Assembly: GCA_051748025.1 (NCBI GenBank)
Contig: JBNJGX010000004.1
Span: 1-34,005 of the forward strand
Reading direction: 5' to 3'
Source: Bacteroidota bacterium
GTDB lineage: Bacteria > Bacteroidota > Bacteroidia > Bacteroidales > ML635J-15
Length of the DNA stretch: 34,005 bases
Shown one piece after another: positions 20,234 through 27,120 of this stretch (position 1 is the stretch's first letter; each line of letters starts with the position of its first letter). The position numbers and the translations under genes were made by a program. Under the pieces are notes generated by a model. That model was not told where the DNA came from and did no database searches. It saw only the letters and a program-made list of their open reading frames with translations.

Positions 20234-20415
20234 TTTTTATTGATTTCAGAGAAAGGTTGAATTTGTAAATTTTCCTGTATCTGCTTGAATGAGTCGATTA
20301 ATTATCGCGTAAACCATCTGATTGTCAATAATTGATTGAAAGCAAGTAATATGGTTGAAAAAATTATTTTCGGCACAAGGTTATGGTTTTTTTGATTGTT
20401 GCTGTATGCCTTAAC

Positions 20416-21234
20416 TTACACAAAAATACGCCCGGGCATTTGTGTTATGATTTTCCGGTATAGTGCCAATTCTGCCAATTTTCGAATGGATTTTTCTACT
20501 GCCGGTTCATCTCCCGGTGAAAACCGGTTTACATATAAATTTATATGTTGTTTGATAACATCATCATCCATTGATTGCGCATATTTCCTGACAAATGACA
20601 TTACAGATGCGGGATCATCATTAGCCATTTTTATACTATCCTGGAGGGATTTATCAATCTTTTTGGCAATGTTTTCCGGGACCCTTCTGTGGATGGCAAT
20701 CCCGCCAAGAGGGGTTGGTAAATGATATGTATCCTCCCACAAGCTGCCCAAATCAACAATTTTTTTAAGGCCTTTTCTTTCATAAGTGAACCGGCTTTCA
20801 TGGATGATGAGCCCGGCATCACATTCACCGTCCATAACGATGTCTTCTATCTCTGAAAATACATAGCTTGTTTTCGATTTTACATCCGGGAAAAATATGT
20901 CCAGAAGTAAAGCGGCGGTTGTAAGTTTGCCGGGAATGGCAATGTGCATACCGGGAACTTCATCGGGGTACGCTTTGTAGCGCGATATTAGAACCGGTCC
21001 GCAATTTTCTCCCAATGCACCACCACTGTTCAGTAATTTGTACTTGTTATGTAACTTAAGCCATGTGTGATAACTCAGTTTAGTTATATCTGTTTCTTCA
21101 CGCAAGGCCATCTTGTTCAGGGTTTCAATGTCTTCAAAGCGTACATCAAAATCTGCAACAGGGTTTTTTAACAAATTGGCAAACATAAATGTGTCATTCG
21201 GACAAGGAGATATGCCAAGGATTACTTTTTTCAT
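20416..21234 (-). CDS. mqnD: 1,4-dihydroxy-6-naphthoate synthase (futalosine pathway MqnD)
   Basis: 272 aa. LGISPCPNDTFMF...FEDIETLNKMAL...DITKLSYHTW...LNSGGALG matches the MqnD signature as I remember it from Thermus and Streptomyces proteins. Confidence 0.82.
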   Translation of the reverse strand: MKKVILGISPCPNDTFMFANLLKNPVADFDVRFEDIETLNKMALREETDITKLSYHTWLKLHNKYKLLNSGGALGENCGPVLISRYKAYPDEVPGMHIAIPGKLTTAALLLDIFFPDVKSKTSYVFSEIEDIVMDGECDAGLIIHESRFTYERKGLKKIVDLGSLWEDTYHLPTPLGGIAIHRRVPENIAKKIDKSLQDSIKMANDDPASVMSFVRKYAQSMDDDVIKQHINLYVNRFSPGDEPAVEKSIRKLAELALYRKIITQMPGRIFV

Positions 21235-21884
21235 AACATCTTGTTTTTGAGATAGCTTATCAGGTAATTATGCAGGTTGTCCAAAGCGGTAGTGTTTTTC
21301 CATTTTGATTTGTCCCTTTCTTTTACATAGTTTGAAATTGCTCTTATCTCAAGAAACGGAATATTGACCTCATTGGCCAGCATAAAAAAACCGGCTCCCT
21401 CCATGTTTTCAATATCGGCATCAGGTTTTCCCTGTATCGCAAAGTTTGTTATGTTTACCGTGTTGGAATGCACATTTTTTAACCCGGTTTCATGCCTTAG
21501 GGTCTGAAAAGAATTGACCAAAACACCTTTTTGGTAATATGATTCCCATTCATCTTCTGTGGTAAGGCAGTGAAATTTTTGATTGTGTATATATCCGATA
21601 TCTGCTGTTTTTTCTGTTTCTACACAAACCAGGTCACACAATTTTATGTTAGTATTATAACTGCCGGCCAGCCCTGCCATAATAAGCAAATGATAGGGGG
21701 GATGCTGGTTTAAATATTTTATTGTATGTAGCATGCTGGCAGGCATTCCCGGGCCGCATATCAATATGTGAGCAGATAAATCCGGTATGTAAAATAAGTT
21801 TTTATTTACTTTGCATGCCCCTGTTTTATTTAAAAATTCCCTGGCTTCATAATATGTTGGTATGATGATGAGGATTTTGTTCAT
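21231..21884 (-). CDS. mqnB: futalosine hydrolase (MqnB), PNP/UDP nucleosidase family
   Basis: 217 aa. Nucleosidase-fold motifs (IIIPTYYEA..., ENMEGAGF, EIRAISNYV). Its stop overlaps the mqnD start (ATGA at 21231-21234). Confidence 0.72.
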   Translation of the reverse strand: MNKILIIIPTYYEAREFLNKTGACKVNKNLFYIPDLSAHILICGPGMPASMLHTIKYLNQHPPYHLLIMAGLAGSYNTNIKLCDLVCVETEKTADIGYIHNQKFHCLTTEDEWESYYQKGVLVNSFQTLRHETGLKNVHSNTVNITNFAIQGKPDADIENMEGAGFFMLANEVNIPFLEIRAISNYVKERDKSKWKNTTALDNLHNYLISYLKNKML

Positions 21885-21947
21885 GGTAATAATAAGTGTA
21901 AATTGTTTTAAAATTTGTTTCTTTGCACATTAAAAGTAATCAAAATT

Positions 21948-22574
21948 ATGGAATTTTCAATTAATGATGCAGATAAAGGTGGATTTATCAGGACTGACAA
22001 TTATGACCGGGAAGTCACAACCGAACTTGCCGGTTATTATTCTAAAATAATTGATCTGTTGGGTGAGGATGTACAGCGTGAAGGTCTAAAGGATTCCCCT
22101 GTGCGTGTGGCCAAAGCAATGCAATTTTTGCTGCAGGGTTACAATATGAATCCTGAGGAGATTTTAATGTCTGCCCGTTTTAAAGAGGATTATCAGCAAA
22201 TGGTAATTGTAAAAAACATAGATGTTTTCAGTATGTGCGAGCATCACATGTTGCCTTTTATTGGGAAAGCTCATGTGGCATATATCCCCCGGTATTATAT
22301 TACCGGACTGAGCAAAATTGCCCGTGTGGTAGAGGCTTATTCACGTCGATTGCAAGTTCAGGAACGTATGACATTGCAAATTAAGGAATGCATTCAGAAT
22401 ACCCTGAATCCCCTTGGAGTAGGTGTGGTTATAGAAGCCAATCACCTTTGCATGCAGATGCGTGGTGTGCAAAAACAAAATTCTGTTACCACAACATCTG
22501 ATTTTACCGGCGTTTTTCTGAAAGAACCAACACGTAAAGAATTTTTGCAATTGGTTGGTACCAAATTGTTGTAA
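21948..22574 (+). CDS. folE: GTP cyclohydrolase I
   Basis: Contains [20 protein letters not shown]...[10 protein letters not shown] and [10 protein letters not shown] moved the start to MEFSIND (ATG 21948); the 11 extra residues in the track ORF look non-native. Confidence 0.9.
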   Translation: MEFSINDADKGGFIRTDNYDREVTTELAGYYSKIIDLLGEDVQREGLKDSPVRVAKAMQFLLQGYNMNPEEILMSARFKEDYQQMVIVKNIDVFSMCEHHMLPFIGKAHVAYIPRYYITGLSKIARVVEAYSRRLQVQERMTLQIKECIQNTLNPLGVGVVIEANHLCMQMRGVQKQNSVTTTSDFTGVFLKEPTRKEFLQLVGTKLL

Positions 22575-22595
22575 ACAAACTTAAAACAATATAGT

Positions 22596-23474
22596 ATGAA
22601 AGCATATGTATTCCCCGGACAGGGTGCCCAATTTCCTGGCATGGCAAAGGACTTATACGAAAATTATCCCGAAGCCAAACTCAGGTTTGACGAATCTGAT
22701 AAAATTCTCGGATTTCGCATTACGGATATCATGTTTAACGGTACAATGGAAGAGCTAAAACAAACCAAAGTTACGCAACCTGCGATTTTTCTTCATTCTG
22801 TTTGCCGTGTTTTGGTAATGGGAAATGATTTTAAACCGGATATGGTAGCCGGACATTCACTGGGTGAATTTTCTGCCCTTGTTGCCAATAAAACACTGGA
22901 TTTTAATGATGGATTGATGCTTGTTTATAAGCGGGCTCTTGCCATGCAAAAAGCATGCGAGGCAGAAAAATCAACCATGGCAGCCATCATTGGGCTTGAT
23001 GATGCAGTGGTGGATGAAATTTGTGCAGGCATTGATGATGTGGTGGTCTCTGCCAATTATAACAGCCCGGGGCAGGTTGTGATATCGGGTACTCAAACGG
23101 GCATTGAAAAAGCTATGGAAGCAGCCAAAAATGCCGGTGCCAAACGTGCCCTGCCTTTGCCCGTCGGTGGAGCCTTCCATTCTCCGCTTATGGAATCTGC
23201 CCGTGAAGAGCTGGCGGAAGCAATCAATGAAACCAAATTTAATAAAGGTTTATGTCCGGTTTATCAAAATGTTGATGCCCGGGCTCATACAAATATTGAT
23301 GAGATTCGTAATAACCTGATTGACCAGCTTACCAGTCCTGTAAAATGGACACAGTCAGTGAAAGCTATGATGGCTGATGGTGCAGATTCATTTACTGAGA
23401 TTGGTCCCGGCAAAGTGCTGAGCGGGCTTATTAAAAAAGTTGACCGGAAAATGCCGGTGGAAAACCTGTCTTAA
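22596..23474 (+). CDS. fabD: malonyl-CoA:ACP transacylase
   Basis: Contains FPGQGAQ, GHSLGEFSAL and GAFHSPLM, the canonical FabD motifs. Confidence 0.93.
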   Translation: MKAYVFPGQGAQFPGMAKDLYENYPEAKLRFDESDKILGFRITDIMFNGTMEELKQTKVTQPAIFLHSVCRVLVMGNDFKPDMVAGHSLGEFSALVANKTLDFNDGLMLVYKRALAMQKACEAEKSTMAAIIGLDDAVVDEICAGIDDVVVSANYNSPGQVVISGTQTGIEKAMEAAKNAGAKRALPLPVGGAFHSPLMESAREELAEAINETKFNKGLCPVYQNVDARAHTNIDEIRNNLIDQLTSPVKWTQSVKAMMADGADSFTEIGPGKVLSGLIKKVDRKMPVENLS

Positions 23475-23498
23475 ATTAAGATTATTGAAATACTGAAA

Positions 23499-24158
23499 TT
23501 AATGTATAAACATGCCACGGGAACCACGGTTGAAACCAGGGAATGACATGTGCGAATTTATATTATGAGTATTGTATCCGAAAGGACTGTAATACGGCGT
23601 GGCATCACCAAAATTAAAATCTGCTTGAATGTGTGCGTTATCGCCAATGCTGTAATCAAAACCAATATGACCGTTTTTGAGGGATTCACTATCTGAGCCT
23701 GGTAACAATGTTAATGAAGCGCCACCCCTGATATTTAAGTTTTTATTTACTTGATATGATCCGGATGCATACATTTGGTATGTTGCCATTTTTTCGAAAT
23801 AAGAATTTTCTTTTGACTCAGGCAGTAGGTTTGTCATGTAGTCAGAAAAAATCATGCTTGTGCCTATGGACATTGAAAACTTTCCCGGTGGATCAACACG
23901 TAAAGAAGGGCTCACATAACTGGAAAACATGTTAGAATTACCATGTGAATAAACTGAACTTCCCATTTGGAGCATTGGATGTAGCTTAATTTTATCTGAT
24001 GATAACTGGTGACTTGTGTTATTTTGGGTCCCTTCATTCAATGAAAAATCGTAACTGCTGTCACTGGCAGGTGTAAAGTAATCTTCTGTTTGGGCAAAAG
24101 TATTACTTGTCACAAATGAAATTATTATGCTTACTATTAATATTAATTTCTTTATCAT
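23499..24158 (-). CDS. hypothetical secreted/outer-membrane protein
   Basis: I set the start at MIKKLILIVSIIISFVTSNTFAQ (ATG 24158), a clean signal peptide. The rest is Ser/Asn/Gly/Tyr-rich, with beta-strand-like alternation. Confidence 0.62.
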   Translation of the reverse strand: MIKKLILIVSIIISFVTSNTFAQTEDYFTPASDSSYDFSLNEGTQNNTSHQLSSDKIKLHPMLQMGSSVYSHGNSNMFSSYVSPSLRVDPPGKFSMSIGTSMIFSDYMTNLLPESKENSYFEKMATYQMYASGSYQVNKNLNIRGGASLTLLPGSDSESLKNGHIGFDYSIGDNAHIQADFNFGDATPYYSPFGYNTHNINSHMSFPGFNRGSRGMFIH

Positions 24159-24440
24159 GATATTACAAAAGTAAAAAAAAATACGATAATAACAAATAAT
24201 AGCTTGCATTTTTTACGCGTTTTCTGACACATTTTTTTCGCCGGATTTTTTGCAATTTGTTGATAAAAAAAAACTCCCCACTTGTTAATATGTACATTCC
24301 CCGTTAGAAGAATTGAATGTGAAGCGGGACAAATGGCTGGAATCATAAGCTGCTCATTGTTAATAATTTGTTGATAACCTTGTGGAAATTATGTTAATTA
24401 AAAAATGCAAAAAAAATTGGAAAGAGGGGTACCTGTACTG

Positions 24441-24448
24441 TATATTTG
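24441..24448 (+). promoter_or_regulatory. -7 box TATATTTG (TAnnTTTG) ahead of the AT-rich small-ORF pair
   Basis: Exact motif. Only two tiny ORFs (5-6 codons) and the 24598 ORF follow. Confidence 0.25.
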
Positions 24449-24597
24449 TAAATACTAAGTGAGGTTAATAAATAATGATTAAAAATAAGTAAAATCTTTA
24501 AATTATGGCACGGTATATTCTTTAAGAAGAAAAATATTTAAATTCTGGTAATACGTTATCGTTATATACTAAAGTTGAAAACAATACATTATATTTA

Positions 24598-24852
24598 TTG
24601 CATAAATTTGATGATAAAGAATTAGGAGAAACAACTTTAAAAATTAAGGAGGGAATTCTTAGAACAACTAAGGATAGCTTTGATGCTTTAAGGATTATTA
24701 ATACTCGAGCAATTTTCGATCAACATGATGAAACAAAAGGAACATTAATTATATATACTTGTTATGGACAGGAAATTGGTTATGAATATTTCAATGTTGG
24801 AGCAGGTTTTTATTTTTACGAAACTTGTGCCAATTATGATAATTATGCTTAA
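24598..24852 (+). CDS. doubtful small ORF (84 aa) with no ATG or GTG start
   Basis: The frame is open only from 24526, and the only candidate start is TTG at 24598. Its stop overlaps the ATG of the next ORF (ATGCTTAA). It could be a gene remnant. Confidence 0.25.
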   Translation: MHKFDDKELGETTLKIKEGILRTTKDSFDALRIINTRAIFDQHDETKGTLIIYTCYGQEIGYEYFNVGAGFYFYETCANYDNYA

Positions 24853-25216
24853 TTTAGTTGTAAAAACTTTTTTATTATCTTTTATTTTTTTAATGTCTTT
24901 TCAATGTTTTGGTCAAAAAATAATAGACCAGCCTAGTGAGCTGGGTATAAAAATTAGTAGTGATACAACAATAAGGATAAAGGAAAATTTTAGATGGTGC
25001 ATTGATACTATAAAATATTTATCAAGTAATAAAAAATCCTTTTTTGTGATGCTTGACGATAAAAAGTTTTCTATTAATGAAATAAAATTTCCGGTTTGGC
25101 CCAAAAAGAAGGTTGTGATTTACTCTTTAAAAGATAAAATTAAAATTATAGGCCAGGAATTTAAAATAACCGAACAATATTTTCCGCTCCTGATAGATCC
25201 CCCTCCTGATAAATGA
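24845..25216 (+). CDS. small secreted hypothetical protein (123 aa)
   Basis: The internal ATG at 24845 gives MLNLVVKTFLLSFIFLMSFQCFGQ, a signal peptide. The sequence is Lys/Ile-rich. No family recognised. Confidence 0.45.
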   Translation: MLNLVVKTFLLSFIFLMSFQCFGQKIIDQPSELGIKISSDTTIRIKENFRWCIDTIKYLSSNKKSFFVMLDDKKFSINEIKFPVWPKKKVVIYSLKDKIKIIGQEFKITEQYFPLLIDPPPDK

Positions 25217-25260
25217 ATAAATTTTTTTGAAAGAGTCTTTTTCTACGGAAAAAGAAAATT

Positions 25261-25690
25261 CCGGAAAGGGTTTCAACAAGAAACGAAGCCGCAAGGCTTC
25301 GGAGATGAGATACTCACCGTTTGAAGCCAGGTGAAAAGCCAACCTCACAGAGATGTGACAAGGCGGCTCGCTCCGGTAAAAGCAGCAAAATGATTAAGTT
25401 CACAAGCAGCTTAAGCCGGCACCCGAAGTGCAGAGGCAAGCAACAGGTAAAACTGTTGAGAGCCAAAGCGAAACGGAAGGGCTAACGCCCGGAAGGCTTC
25501 GGGAGGACAAAAACCGGACAAAAAGGTGGCAACACCCACAACATCGGTTCAGGTTCAGTAATTTGATAAGCTCAACGCTTATTCAAAAAACTGAGCAGGC
25601 AAAATAACTGTAACCTGGTTGACATTGCAAAGCTACGGCAATGCAATGTTAAAAGGGGAATATCGTACAGATGTTCCCCTTTACTGTTTT
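25261..25690 (+). ncRNA. candidate structured non-coding RNA, class unknown (5' boundary uncertain)
   Basis: No ORF of 60 aa or more in this stretch apart from the tail of the rejected 25127-25348 minus ORF, with stops frequent in the + frames I read. Clearly higher GC than the flanks, and purine-rich on +. It has many compact hairpins, three of them with GNRA loops: CGAAGCC-GCAA-GGCTTCG 25284-25301, TCACA-GAGA-TGTGA 25345-25358 and GGTG-GCAA-CACC 25525-25536. Other hairpins are 25419-25431, 25435-25464, 25479-25490, 25550-25617 and 25622-25649. It ends in a terminator-like hairpin. Confidence 0.45.
25652..25690 (+). terminator. terminator-like hairpin closing the candidate RNA
   Basis: AAAGGGGAA (25652-25660) pairs with TTCCCCTTT (25674-25682), a 9-bp stem with a 13-nt loop, followed by ACTGTTTTAT. 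Confidence 0.5.
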
Positions 25691-25698
25691 ATATATAT

Positions 25699-25770
25699 AA
25701 GTCCGAAGTCGGAAGTCCGAAGTCGGAAGATAGAAGAAAAGATTGATTAACACCTTCCGACTTCGGACTT
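25699..25770. repeat. tandem plus inverted copies of a GTCCGAAGTCGGAA unit (hairpin just downstream of the cysteine synthase stop)
   Basis: GTCCGAAGTCGGAA occurs twice in tandem (25701-25714, 25715-25728). CTTCCGACTTCGGACTT (25754-25770) is the exact reverse complement of AAGTCCGAAGTCGGAAG, so either tandem copy can pair with it (17 bp). Confidence 0.7.
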
Positions 25771-25804
25771 ATTAATCACTTCTCTCAGATAGCGATCAGG
25801 AACT

Positions 25805-26692
25805 TTAAAAAACATCCATGCTCAGGTATTTTTCTCCCCGGTCAGGTAAAACAACAAGTAATTTCCCTTCATTGATGTTTTCAGAAGCTTTTTTGGCAGC
25901 GGCCATTGCTGCACCTGAACTTAACCCGGCAAAAATGCCTTCTTTGCAAGCCAGCCGCCTGCACCATTCAACCGCTTCTTCCCGGCTGACAGTTATTTCT
26001 TCACTAAGCAATGCCACATCATAAACACCTGGCATAAAATCCAGTTTGGGATTTTGAATACCCTGAATAACATAAGATGCCGGCGGTAATGCTGCTACCA
26101 TTTTTGTTTTCAATCCTGCTTCACTGAAACGTATGGCAGTGCCCATCAGCGTACCTGATGTGCCTGTACCGGCAACCACAGCATCAACGTGTGGAACCTC
26201 ATTGACAAGCTCACAGCCTAAGCCGTAATAATGTGCCCTTAAATTATCAGGGTTATTAAACTGATTTGTAAACCAGTATTTATCAGGATTTTCCTTTTTC
26301 AGGCTCCGTGCTTTTTCTATGGCACCTTCTGTTCCCAATGCCGGATCGGTAAGTACCAGTTCTGCGCCAAGCGCTTTCATCATTCTGCGTCTTTCCATGC
26401 TCATGCTTTCAGACATCACTATCTGTACAGGATAAGATTTTATGGCACCTATCATGGCAAGCGAAATACCCATATTGCCGCTGCTGGCTTCAAGAATGGT
26501 TTTACCCTGATGCAGGTCGCCACGTTTTTCTGCTTGTTCTGTCATGAATAAGGCCGGCCTGTCTTTTACCGACCCCCCTGGATTCAGCCCTTCATATTTG
26601 GCATAAACCTGTATGCCTTTTTTAAAACCTGTGTTTTTCAATGCCGTCACAGGTGTGTTACCAATATTATCCAAAATGCTTTTTGCTTTCAT
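25805..26692 (-). CDS. cysK: PLP-dependent cysteine synthase (CysK/CysM family)
   Basis: 295 aa. Contains NPGGSVKDRPA (the PLP lysine motif), SSGNMGISLA and GTGTSGTLMG. K versus M subtype cannot be decided by eye. Confidence 0.9.
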   Translation of the reverse strand: MKAKSILDNIGNTPVTALKNTGFKKGIQVYAKYEGLNPGGSVKDRPALFMTEQAEKRGDLHQGKTILEASSGNMGISLAMIGAIKSYPVQIVMSESMSMERRRMMKALGAELVLTDPALGTEGAIEKARSLKKENPDKYWFTNQFNNPDNLRAHYYGLGCELVNEVPHVDAVVAGTGTSGTLMGTAIRFSEAGLKTKMVAALPPASYVIQGIQNPKLDFMPGVYDVALLSEEITVSREEAVEWCRRLACKEGIFAGLSSGAAMAAAKKASENINEGKLLVVLPDRGEKYLSMDVF

Positions 26693-26744
26693 CTGTTTAT
26701 TGTTTTATTTTTAGCTCAAACCCCTCGCAGATTTGAGGTTTTAC

Positions 26745-26777
26745 AAAAAAAAATCCCGGCAATCCTACCGGGAATTT
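26745..26777 (-). terminator. strong intrinsic terminator between the Cys-rich small ORF and cysteine synthase (attenuator candidate)
   Basis: RNA sense: AAAUUCCCGG-UAGGAUUG-CCGGGAUUUUUUUUU. The GC stem is CCCGG/CCGGG, extended by A-U pairs, and is followed by a U9 tract (26745-26753). It lies 52 nt upstream of the cysK ATG. Confidence 0.75.
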
Positions 26778-26809
26778 GAAACCTTACATTACTGTATCAT
26801 AACCTCATA

Positions 26810-26926
26810 TTAATAACAACAGCATGCAGCCCCCGGCAATGCACCGTGGCCACAACAACATTTTATCTGTGTTTTATTTACCAGCCTGTTGCCTGTGTAT
26901 TTTGCAAGTCGCTCCAATAATTCCAT
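26810..26926 (-). CDS. 38-aa cysteine-rich small ORF: candidate Cys leader peptide (alternatively a RiPP-like precursor)
   Basis: Hand-found: MELLERLAKYTGNRLVNKTQIKCCCGHGALPGAACCCY. It has two CCC triplets (TGT TGT TGT and TGC TGT TGT). ATG at 26926, TAA at 26810-26812. A -7 box lies 24 nt upstream and a terminator 33 nt downstream. Confidence 0.55.
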   Translation of the reverse strand: MELLERLAKYTGNRLVNKTQIKCCCGHGALPGAACCCY

Positions 26927-26950
26927 TTTCCAAATTGTTTTGATTTTTTA

Positions 26951-26958
26951 CAAACATA
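26951..26958 (-). promoter_or_regulatory. -7 box TATGTTTG (TAnnTTTG) for the Cys-rich ORF / cysK leader
   Basis: The + strand CAAACATA is TATGTTTG on the minus strand, 24 nt upstream of the small-ORF ATG. Confidence 0.4.
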
Positions 26959-27120
26959 CAAAATATTCAATTCCATTTGAAATATTTCCTGTTTTATTGA
27001 TTTTTTCAATTTCATTTGAATATTTTGGCTTTCTGATGCAATGCATCCTGGAAAAATAACAAAATATGTAGCCGTGTTTACATACCATTTTCAGATAAAA
27101 CAACCCCGCCATAAAGCATC

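Noticed and set aside
20396-20725. 109-aa + ORF
   Set aside because: It is antisense to mqnD, which has a strong family signature.
21915-21947. Upstream start ([11 protein letters not shown]) for folE
   Set aside because: The extra residues have no FolE counterpart and would leave only 30 bp for the divergent mqnB/folE promoters. The ATG at 21948 is preferred.
25261-25690. Possibility that the structured region is RNase P RNA, tmRNA, SRP RNA or a group II intron fragment
   Set aside because: It lacks the RNase P GGAAAGUCCGG and ACAGAA..CCGGCUUA pair; only CCGGCTTA occurs on the minus strand, without the ACAGAA context. It lacks the tmRNA 5' GGGG and tRNA-like GGTTCGA...CCA end. GCAGCTTAA resembles a tag end, but the frame opens only 6 codons earlier. 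It has no domain V-like sequence. So it is left unclassified rather than named.
25701-25728. Tandem 14-nt repeats as a CRISPR array or type III antitoxin repeat
   Set aside because: There are only two abutting copies with no spacers, the unit is far shorter than CRISPR or ToxI repeats, and there are no cas or toxin genes nearby.
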